A stretch of 52,000 bases of DNA from NCBI GenBank assembly GCA_964016885.1, contig CAXHJY010001101.1, positions 1 to 52,000 on the forward strand, given 5' to 3'. The notes below the pieces were generated by a model. That model was not told the DNA's origin. It did not search any database and saw only the letters and a program-made list of their open reading frames with translations. Shown here piece after piece: positions 1-9,660 of the stretch. This DNA is from Eledone cirrhosa. Its lineage: Eukaryota. Both the position numbers and the translations under genes were made by a program. The stretch's first letter is position 1; each line of letters starts with the position of its first letter.

Positions 1-172
1 TAAAATTTAATTATCTTTATTATCCACTTCTCAGTAGTGAGAACTTGATAAATATTTATTACAACAGTTAAACCAACTTCATTAAAGTATTATGTTGCTG
101 TAGGTGTGTGTATAACATGCAACTAGATAAACTCTGATATAGTAGATAGATTCTTGTGAAATATCTATATAC

Positions 173-853
173 AAGTGCACCACCATGCATTTTGGGAGTA
201 AAAACCCAGCGTCCACATACTCCCTCCACAGCACTAATATCAAGAAGTCTTCTTGTGAACGTGACCTGGACATTGCGGTCAGCAGCGATTTGCGTTGGAC
301 GAAGCACGTCTCTAAAATTGTCAAGAGGGCCGAGGGTGTCTTAACATCACTCAGTAAGACCTTTGTCAGCCGCTCTCCTGCTATCTATTTAAGGCTGTAC
401 ATGGCTATGGTGCGGCCACACTTAGAATTTGCATCACCAGTCTGGGACCCCTAGCTTGCTCAGAACATTGACCGCCTGGAAACTGTTCAGAGACGTGCAA
501 CCAAGCGAATACCCTCCATCAGGCATCTACCATACTCTGAGCGCCTTGCTTCCCTGGGCATGGATACATTGAAGCTCCGACGCCTGGCAACTGACTTGGT
601 AAACACCGACAAAATTGTTAACCATCTTGCCAACAACAACCCTGAGTAGCTTTTTGATTTCCATGTGTCTAACACACGTGGGCATGCCCACAAAGTCTGA
701 AAACAGTACAGTTCCCATGACTTTCGGAAACATTTTTTCACGCTCAGAGTTGCTGAAGCATGTAAAAAACTACCTGCATCGGTTGTTAGCTGTCGAGACA
801 CTGCATCCTTTAAGGCCTCCATGCTTCCCGAGATTCGCCAACACTACACCTAA
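173..853 (+). pseudogene. Disabled ORF2 (RT C-terminal region) of the CR1 fragment; same in every unit
   Basis: In-frame stops TAG 452-454, TAG 647-649 and TGA 698-700, no frameshift, probable native stop TAA 851-853. Endonuclease and RT catalytic core are absent. Confidence 0.88.
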
Positions 854-963
854 TGTCGCCCCCTCCCTGCCTCATACACACATATATATCATGACTCATA
901 CACTATTCACTTCCCTGACATTTGTGTTTTATTCTATGTACTATACATGCACCTTTGACGAGT

Positions 964-987
964 TGTAGTGCACCTGAGCACTTTACA
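964..987 (+). other. LINE 3'-terminal stem-loop (putative ORF2 recognition signal); in every unit
   Basis: TGT-AGTGC-acctga-GCACT-tt-ACA lies just before the (ATT)n tail. A stem-loop plus short-repeat tail is the known 3' architecture of CR1/L2-type LINEs. Confidence 0.6.
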
Positions 988-997
988 CAATAATTTC

Positions 998-1024
998 ATT
1001 ATTATTATTATTATTCTTATTATT
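998..1024 (+). repeat. (ATT)n microsatellite tail of the LINE; in every unit
   Basis: Nine triplets, with one CTT interruption in units 1, 2, 4, 5, 19 and 20; ten triplets in units 9 and 11. Confidence 0.95.
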
Positions 1025-1399
1025 ATATAAATTAACCGTGAGAGACACTAAAGACACACACACAAATCTCAATTTGCGTTATTCATCGATCTGCTGGAAA
1101 CAACGTTGATATTTGTCTCAACTAACAGCCTCTCTCCTGGAAGAAGGAAAAAAACGGTGATAAATACTTTTCTGCAAGTTTGTGTTAGTAGTTAATGCTA
1201 ACACCAAATGTTGAATTATTTCCCTTGATTAATACAAGATAGTAGATTTGAAGGCGTAAGTAAAGATAGTTTAGTTGTTAAATTGATAAAGTTTGTATAA
1301 AGAAGAATAACTTTGAAAGTAAAGAGTAGTGAATAAGTGTATAAATAAAATAATTTGCAAGTTGTATTGTTTTTTGTATTGTGGAATTAAATTTTCAGT

Positions 1400-1440
1400 A
1401 GTTGCTGATGGTATAAAGTCAGTAGATCTTTTGTAAGTAT
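1400..1440 (+). promoter_or_regulatory. Expected position of the U1 proximal sequence element (PSE); in every unit
   Basis: Positional inference only (about -75 to -35 from the U1 start). PSE sequences are lineage-specific and I cannot match this one to a consensus. Confidence 0.3.
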
Positions 1441-1475
1441 AATGTTATATGAAGAAAGTGATTATGGTGTCTAGC

Positions 1476-1639
1476 ATACTTACCTGGCACAGGGGTTAAC
1501 CATGATCCGCTAGGTGGTTCTCCCAGAGTGAGGCTCTTCCATTGCACTGCGGTTGGGTTGACCTTTGCGATCGCCCCAAATGTGGGCGACTCGGGTGCGC
1601 TATTTCTAAGTGTGGGGTCTGCGTTCGCGCTCACCCCGT
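1476..1639 (+). ncRNA. U1: U1 spliceosomal snRNA, copy 1
   Basis: Begins ATACTTACCTG (pairs with the 5' splice site). Helix H GCAC/GTGC; SL1 AACCAT/GTGGTT; SL2 loop ATTGCAC (U1A site, 1541-1547); SL3 TCGCCC-CAAATGT-GGGCGA; Sm-like ATTTCTA (1602-1608); SL4 GGGGT..GCG-TTCG-CGC..ACCCC. About 164 nt and colinear with metazoan U1. 3' end is +/-2 nt. Confidence 0.97.
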
Positions 1640-1643
1640 AAAA

Positions 1644-1659
1644 TAATCAAAAAGACAGA
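1644..1659 (+). terminator. Putative snRNA 3' box (3'-end processing signal); in every unit
   Basis: TAATCAAAAAGACAGA lies just downstream of U1. AAAGACAGA fits the AAARNNAGA half of the metazoan 3'-box consensus, but the GTTT half is not matched. Confidence 0.55.
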
Positions 1660-2845
1660 CTTTTTACCATTATTAAATTATAATTATCTTTCTCTATTCT
1701 TTCACACAATCAACTTTACACATTCTCTCATACAACCTAACTTTTCAGATTTATTTCTTTTACAAACTCCCTCATACAACCTTTTCCTATTCATGCAATC
1801 CTCACCTAACTCTTCTCTGCACTCTCAACTCTTGCCCACGCCGGCATATCATACACTAACACACCATTTCACCGGCTCTTGCCTACCTCTTCCAACACAC
1901 ATGCATCGTCCCTTCTATTTTCAATTAACAACAACTACCTTCATTCTATTTCAATTCAGCCGCAATCACTCTTACCTTTCACACTTCTCTTCCAACATAC
2001 ACCCAACCGTCTATCGTGTATCTGAGTAATTAACCTCATAGAAACAACACTTAAATTTACCTCCTCTCACACATAACCTACATTATATGGAGAAAGATAT
2101 CTGCCATTTTCACTCTTAGTATATCTTTCATCATACCACTGGCCAGCTAAATCATAACTTCCATCTTCCGACGGAGAAGACGCTCCTATCAGAAGAAATC
2201 ATCAGGCTAGATCCAGAAACGATCTTATCTTATTTGTCGTCTAACCTTCGGTCTCACGCCAGTTGGATTTACCCGTATTATCTCTCTAGTCATTCTTTTC
2301 TTATACATTCTAAACACACCTTCCTACTACCAGAGTGGTGATCTTCCGATTCAGAAAATTCGCTGCTCTACCTGTACCCACTCCCTCATCTCCAAGCTAC
2401 ACATCCAATCGACCAAGCTTATTCCAAACGCTTGTAAATCTACATTTACAAATCAATACAACAAACAATTTACTTCAGCGAACACACACAGACATATATT
2501 ACTAGCAAATCACTTATATATGGAACTTGTGAGCATGTGATATCTCTAAAAGGTCGCATCTTGAACTCAATCAAACAATCTAGCCTATACTAATATGGAA
2601 AGAGGACGTGCAATGATGATATGGATTTTTAGGCTTTTCTTAAGCACAGAGATTGTTTTAGTGTCACTTGCATTTAAAATTTAATTATCTTTATTATCCA
2701 CTTCTCAGTAGTGAGAACTTGATAAATATTTATTACAACAGTTAAACCAACTTCATTAAAGTATTATGTTGCTGTAGGTGTGTGTATAACATGCAACTAG
2801 ATAAACTCTGATATAGTAGATAGATTCTTGTGAAATATCTATATA

Positions 2846-3698
2846 CAAGTGCACCACCATGCATTTTGGGAGTAAAAACCCAGCGTCCACATACTCCCTC
2901 CACAGCACTAATATCAAGAAGTCTTCTTGTGAACGTGACCTGGACATTGCGGTCAGCAGCGATTTGCGTTGGACGAAGCACGTCTCTAAAATTGTCAAGA
3001 GGGCCGAGGGTGTCTTAACATCACTCAGTAAGACCTTTGTCAGCCGCTCTCCTGCTATCTATTTAAGGCTGTACATGGCTATGGTGCGGCCACACTTAGA
3101 ATTTGCATCACCAGTCTGGGACCCCTAGCTTGCTCAGAACATTGACCGCCTGGAAACTGTTCAGAGACGTGCAACCAAGCGAATACCCTCCATCAGGCAT
3201 CTACCATACTCTGAGCGCCTTGCTTCCCTGGGCATGGATACATTGAAGCTCCGACGCCTGGCAACTGACTTGGTAAACACCGACAAAATTGTTAACCATC
3301 TTGCCAACAACAACCCTGAGTAGCTTTTTGATTTCCATGTGTCTAACACACGTGGGCATGCCCACAAAGTCTGAAAACAGTACAGTTCCCATAACTTTCG
3401 GAAACATTTTTTCACGCTCAGAGTTGCTGAAGCATGTAACAAACTACCTGCATCGGTTGTTAGCTGTCGAGACACTGCATCCTTTAAGGCCTCCATGCTT
3501 CCCGAGATTCGCCAACACTACACCTAATGTCGCCCCCTCCCTGCCTCATACACACATATATATCATGACTCATACACTATTCACTTCCCTGACATTTGTG
3601 TTTTATTCTATGTACTATACATGCACCTTTGACGAGTTGTAGTGCACCTGAGCACTTTACACAATAATTTCATTATTATTATTATTATTCTTATTATT
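2846..3698 (+). mobile_element. CR1-clade LINE 3' fragment, copy 2
   Basis: Near-identical to copy 1. Confidence 0.9.
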
Positions 3699-4149
3699 AT
3701 ATAAATTAACCGTGAGAGACACTAAAGACACACACACAAATCTCAATTTGCGTTATTCATCGATCTGCTGGAAACAACGTTGATATTTGTCTCAACTAAC
3801 AGCCTCTCTCCTGGAAGAAGGAAAAAAACGGTGATAAATACTTTTCTGCAAGTTTGTGTTAGTAGTTAATGCTAACACCAAATGTTGAATTATTTCCCTT
3901 GATTAATACAAGATAGTAGATTTGAAGGCGTAAGTAAAGATAGTTTAGTTGTTAAATTGATAAAGTTTGTATAAAGAAGAATAACTTTGAAAGTAAAGAG
4001 TAGTGAATAAGTGTATAAATAAAATAATTTGCAAGTTGTATTGTTTTTTGTATTGTGGAATTAAATTTTCAGTAGTTGCTGATGGTATAAAGTCAGTAGA
4101 TCTTTTGTAAGTATAATGTTATATGAAGAAAGTGATTATGGTGTCTAGC

Positions 4150-4313
4150 ATACTTACCTGGCACAGGGGTTAACCATGATCCGCTAGGTGGTTCTCCCAG
4201 AGTGAGGCTCTTCCATTGCACTGCGGTTGGGTTGACCTTTGCGATCGCCCCAAATGTGGGCGACTCGGGTGCGCTATTTCTAAGTGTGGGGTCTGCGTTC
4301 GCGCTCACCCCGT
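4150..4313 (+). ncRNA. U1: U1 snRNA, copy 2
   Basis: Same sequence as copy 1. Confidence 0.97.
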
Positions 4314-5519
4314 AAAATAATCAAAAAGACAGACTTTTTACCATTATTAAATTATAATTATCTTTCTCTATTCTTTCACACAATCAACTTTACACATTCT
4401 CTCATACAACCTAACTTTTCAGATTTATTTCTTTTACAAACTCCCTCATACAACCTTTTCCTATTCATGCAATCCTCACCTAACTCTTCTCTGCACTCTC
4501 AACTCTTGCCCACGCCGGCATATCATACACTAGCACACCATTTCACCGGCTCTTGCCTACCTCTTCCAACACACATGCATCGTCCCTTCTATTTTCAATT
4601 AACAACAACTACCTTCATTCTATTTCAATTCAGCCGCAATCACTCTTACCTTTCACACTTCTCTTCCAACATGCACCCAACCGTCTATCGTGTATCTGAG
4701 TAATTAACCTCATAGAAACAACACTTAAATTTACCTCCTCTCACACATAACCTACATTATATGGAGAAAGATATCTGCCATTTTCACTCTTAGTATATCT
4801 TTCATCATACCACTGGCCAGCTAAATCATAACTTCCATCTTCCGACGGAGAAGACGCTCCTATCAGAAGAAATCATCAGGCTAGATCCAGAAACGATCTT
4901 ATCTTATTTGTCGTCTAACCTTCGGTCTCACGCCAGTTGGATTTACCCGTATTATCTCTCTAGTCATTCTTTTCTTATACATTCTAAACACACCTTCCTA
5001 CTACCAGAGTGGTGATCTTCCGATTCAGAAAATTCGCTGCTCTACCTGTACCCACTCCCTCATCTCCAAGCTACACATCCAATCGACCAAGCTTATTCCA
5101 AACGCTTGTAAATCTACATTTACAAATCAATACAACAAACAATTTACTTCAGCGAACACACACAGACATATATTACTAGCAAATCACTTATATATGGAAC
5201 TTGTGAGCATGTGATATCTCTAAAAGGTCGCATCTTGAACTCAATCAAACAATCTAGCCTATACTAATATGGAAAGAGGACGTGCAATGATGATATGGAT
5301 TTTTAGGCTTTTCTTAAGCACAGAGATTGTTTTAGTGTCACTTGCATTTAAAATTTAATTATCTTTATTATCCACTTCTCAGTAGTGAGAACTTGATAAA
5401 TATTTATTACAACAGTTAAACCAACTTCATTAAAGTATTATGTTGCTGTAGGTGTGTGTATAACATGCAACTAGATAAACTCTGATATAGTAGATAGATT
5501 CTTGTGAAATATCTATATA

Positions 5520-6343
5520 CAAGTGCACCACCATGCATTTTGGGAGTAAAAACCCAGCGTCCACATACTCCCTCCACAGCACTAATATCAAGAAGTCTTC
5601 TTGTGAACGTGACCTGGACATTGCGGTCAGCAGCGATTTGCGTTGGACGAAGCACGTCTCTAAAATTGTCAAGAGGGCCGAGGGTGTCTTAACATCACTC
5701 AGTAAGACCTTTGTCAGCCGCTCTCCTGCTATCTATTTAAGGCTGTACATGGCTATGGTGCGGCCACACTTAGAATTTGCATCACCAGTCTGGGACCCCT
5801 AGCTTGCTCAGAACATTGACCGCCTGGAAACTGTTCAGAGACGTGCAACCAAGCGAATACCCTCCATCAGGCATCTACCATACTCTGAGCGCCTTGCTTC
5901 CCTGGGCATGGATACATTGAAGCTCCGACGCCTGGCAACTGACTTGGTAAACACCGACAAAATTGTTAACCATCTTGCCAACAACAACCCTGAGTAGCTT
6001 TTTGATTTCCATGTGTCTAACACACGTGGGCATGCCCACAAAGTCTGAAAACAGTACAGTTCCCATGACTTTCGGAAACATTTTTTCACGCTCAGAGTTG
6101 CTGAAGCATGTAAAAAACTACCTGCATCGGTTGTTAGCTGTCGAGACACTGCATCCTTTAAGGCCTCCATGCTTCCCGAGATTCGCCAACACTACACCTA
6201 ATGTCGCCCCCTCCCTGCCTCATACACACATATATATCATGACTCATACACTATTCACTTCCCTGACATTTGTGTTTTATTCTATGTACTATACATGCAC
6301 CTTTGACGAGTTGTAGTGCACCTGAGCACTTTACACAATAATT

Positions 6344-6372
<29 letters not shown>
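5520..6372 (+). mobile_element. CR1-clade LINE 3' fragment, copy 3
   Basis: Near-identical to copy 1. Confidence 0.9.
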
Positions 6373-6377
<5 letters not shown>

Positions 6378-6822
6378 AATTAACCGTGAGAGACACTAAA
6401 GACACACACACAAATCTCAATTTGCGTTATTCATCGATCTGCTGGAAACAACGTTGATATTTGTCTCAACTAACAGCCTCTCTCCTGGAAGAAGGAAAAA
6501 ACGGTGATAAATACTTTTCTGCAAGTTTGTGTTAGTAGTTAATGCTAACACCAAATGTTGAATTATTTCCCTTGATTAATACAAGATAGTAGATTTGAAG
6601 GCGTAAGTAAAGATAGTTTAGTTGTTAAATTGATAAAGTTTGTATAAAGAAGAATAACTTTGAAAGTAAAGAGTAGTGAATAAGTGTATAAATAAAATAA
6701 TTTGCAAGTTGTATTGTTTTTTGTATTGTGGAATTAAATTTTCAGTAGTTGCTGATGGTATAAAGTCAGTAGATCTTTTGTAAGTATAATGTTATATGAA
6801 GAAAGTGATTATGGTGTCTAGC

Positions 6823-6986
6823 ATACTTACCTGGCACAGGGGTTAACCATGATCCGCTAGGTGGTTCTCCCAGAGTGAGGCTCTTCCATTGCACTGCGGT
6901 TGGGTTGACCTTTGCGATCGCCCCAAATGTGGGCGACTCGGGTGCGCTATTTCTAAGTGTGGGGTCTGCGTTCGCGCTCACCCCGT
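6823..6986 (+). ncRNA. U1: U1 snRNA, copy 3
   Basis: Same sequence as copy 1. Confidence 0.97.
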
Positions 6987-8192
6987 AAAATAATCAAAAA
7001 GACAGACTTTTTACCATTATTAAATTATAATTATCTTTCTCTATTCTTTCACACAATCAACTTTACACATTCTCTCATACAACCTAACTTTTCAGATTTA
7101 TTTCTTTTACAAACTCCCTCATACAACCTTTTCCTATTCATGCAATCCTCACCTAACTCTTCTCTGCACTCTCAACTCTTGCCCACGCCGGCATATCATA
7201 CACTAACACACCATTTCACCGGCTCTTGCCTACCTCTTCCAACACACATGCATCGTCCCTTCTATTTTCAATTAACAACAACTACCTTCATTCTATTTCA
7301 ATTCAGCCGCAATCACTCTTACCTTTCACACTTCTCTTCCAACATACACCCAACCGTCTATCGTGTATCTGAGTAATTAACCTCATAGAAACAACACTTA
7401 AATTTACCTCCTCTCACACATAACCTACATTATATGGAGAAAGATATCTGCCATTTTCACTCTTAGTATATCTTTCATCATACCACTGGCCAGCTAAATC
7501 ATAACTTCCATCTTCCGACGGAGAAGACGCTCCTATCAGAAGAAATCATCAGGCTAGATCCAGAAACGATCTTATCTTATTTGTCGTCTAACCTTCGGTC
7601 TCACGCCAGTTGGATTTACCCGTATTATCTCTCTAGTCATTCTTTTCTTATACATTCTAAACACACCTTCCTACTACCAGAGTGGTGATCTTCCGATTCA
7701 GAAAATTCGCTGCTCTACCTGTACCCACTCCCTCATCTCCAAGCTACACATCCAATCGACCAAGCTTATTCCAAACGCTTGTAAATCTACATTTACAAAT
7801 CAATACAACAAACAATTTACTTCAGCGAACACACACAGACATATATTACTAGCAAATCACTTATATATGGAACTTGTGAGCATGTGATATCTCTAAAAGG
7901 TCGCATCTTGAACTCAATCAAACAATCTAGCCTATACTAATATGGAAAGAGGACGTGCAATGATGATATGGATTTTTAGGCTTTTCTTAAGCACAGAGAT
8001 TGTTTTAGTGTCACTTGCATTTAAAATTTAATTATCTTTATTATCCACTTCTCAGTAGTGAGAACTTGATAAATATTTATTACAACAGTTAAACCAACTT
8101 CATTAAAGTATTATGTTGCTGTAGGTGTGTGTATAACATGCAACTAGATAAACTCTGATATAGTAGATAGATTCTTGTGAAATATCTATATA

Positions 8193-9045
8193 CAAGTGCA
8201 CCACCATGCATTTTGGGAGTAAAAACCCAGCGTCCACATACTCCCTCCACAGCACTAATATCAAGAAGTCTTCTTGTGAACGTGACCTGGACATTGCGGT
8301 CAGCAGCGATTTGCGTTGGACGAAGCACGTCTCTAAAATTGTCAAGAGGGCCGAGGGTGTCTTAACATCACTCAGTAAGACCTTTGTCAGCCGCTCTCCT
8401 GCTATCTATTTAAGGCTGTACATGGCTATGGTGCGGCCACACTTAGAATTTGCATCACCAGTCTGGGACCCCTAGCTTGCTCAGAACATTGACCGCCTGG
8501 AAACTGTTCAGAGACGTGCAACCAAGCGAATACCCTCCATCAGGCATCTACCATACTCTGAGCGCCTTGCTTCCCTGGGCATGGATACATTGAAGCTCCG
8601 ACGCCTGGCAACTGACTTGGTAAACACCGACAAAATTGTTAACCATCTTGCCAACAACAACCCTGAGTAGCTTTTTGATTTCCATGTGTCTAACACACGT
8701 GGGCATGCCCACAAAGTCTGAAAACAGTACAGCTCCCATGACTTTCGGAAACATTTTTTCACGCTCAGAGTTGCTGAAGCATGTAACAAACTACCTGCAT
8801 CGGTTGTTAGCTGTCGAGACACTGCATCCTTTAAGGCCTCCATGCTTCCCGAGATTCGCCAACACTACACCTAATGTCGCCCCCTCCCTGCCTCATACAC
8901 ACATATATATCATGACTCATACACTATTCACTTCCCTGACATTTGTGTTTTATTCTATGTACTATACATGCACCTTTGACGAGTTGTAGTGCACCTGAGC
9001 ACTTTACACAATAATTTCATTATTATTATTATTATTCTTATTATT
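8193..9045 (+). mobile_element. CR1-clade LINE 3' fragment, copy 4
   Basis: Near-identical to copy 1. Confidence 0.9.
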
Positions 9046-9496
9046 ATATAAATTAACCGTGAGAGACACTAAAGACACACACACAAATCTCAATTTGCGT
9101 TATTCATCGATCTGCTGGAAACAACGTTGATATTTGTCTCAACTAACAGCCTCTCTCCTGGAAGAAGGAAAAAAACGGTGATAAATACTTTTCTGCAAGT
9201 TTGTGTTAGTAGTTAATGCTAACACCAAATGTTGAATTATTTCCCTTGATTAATACAAGATAGTAGATTTGAAGGCGTAAGTAAAGATAGTTTAGTTGTT
9301 AAATTGATAAAGTTTGTATAAAGAAGAATAACTTTGAAAGTAAAGAGTAGTGAATAAGTGTATAAATAAAATAATTTGCAAGTTGTATTGTTTTTTGTAT
9401 TGTGGAATTAAATTTTCAGTAGTTGCTGATGGTATAAAGTCAGTAGATCTTTTGTAAGTATAATGTTATATGAAGAAAGTGATTATGGTGTCTAGC

Positions 9497-9660
9497 ATAC
9501 TTACCTGGCACAGGGGTTAACCATGATCCGCTAGGTGGTTCTCCCAGAGTGAGGCTCTTCCATTGCACTGCGGTTGGGTTGACCTTTGCGATCGCCCCAA
9601 ATGTGGGCGACTCGGGTGCGCTATTTCTAAGTGTGGGGTCTGCGTTCGCGCTCACCCCGT
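9497..9660 (+). ncRNA. U1: U1 snRNA, copy 4
   Basis: Same sequence as copy 1. Confidence 0.97.

Larger units (their letters stand above)
172..1024 (+). mobile_element. 5'-truncated CR1-clade non-LTR retrotransposon (LINE) 3' fragment, copy 1
   Basis: One frame (173-853) reads KCTTMHFG..ERDLDI..SDLRWTKHV..LYMAMVRPHLEFASPVWDP*..IDRLETVQRRATKRI..LPYSERLASLGMDTLKLRR..TRGHAHK..FFTLRVAEACKKLPASVV..SFK. These are motifs typical of the region C-terminal to the RT core in CR1 ORF2. A short 3' UTR, a stem-loop and an (ATT)n tail follow. Confidence 0.9.

Noticed and set aside
28-43. TTCTCA-GTAG-TGAGAA hairpin as a histone 3' stem-loop
   Set aside because: The 6-bp/4-nt geometry fits but the sequence does not, and there is no histone ORF.
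185-454. 89-aa ORF as a real small protein gene
   Set aside because: It is the first segment of the CR1 ORF2 relic. The ATG is an internal Met of the MHFG motif and similarity continues in frame beyond the TAG.
68-968. Other overlapping ORFs (79, 80, 62, 111, 68, 117 aa)
   Set aside because: Alternative-frame or antisense shadows of the LINE fragment with no recognisable domains. They recur only because the unit is repeated.
172-1024. snRNA-targeting site-specific transposon (Utopia, Keno or Dada type)
   Set aside because: U1 is not interrupted, the motifs are CR1-like, and identical truncation and stops in all units indicate passive co-amplification.
1353-1360. ATTTGCAA as an octamer (DSE) element
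   Set aside because: One mismatch to ATTTGCAT in very AT-rich DNA, and at about -120 rather than the usual distal position; not distinguishable from chance.
1419-1634. 71-aa minus-strand ORF
   Set aside because: Antisense reading of the U1 gene; a spurious ORF.
172-1639. U1-LINE chimeric retrocopy or U1-derived SINE
   Set aside because: U1 is full-length, lies ~450 bp downstream of the LINE tail rather than fused to its 5' end, has no tail of its own and is followed by a 3'-box-like sequence.
1610-2029. 139-aa plus-strand ORF
   Set aside because: Starts inside U1 at a non-ATG codon and stays open because the strand is G-poor and C-rich. The translation is low-complexity (L/F/S/H/T/P).
2092-2129. 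Degenerate U5 snRNA (GCCATTTTCAC resembles loop I GCCTTTTAC)
   Set aside because: The loop has insertions, stem arms are in the opposite order to U5, and no matching Sm site or stem II follows.
2199-2205. CTGATGA on the minus strand as a hammerhead ribozyme core
   Set aside because: No stem II followed by GAAA at a suitable distance, and no stems I/III found.
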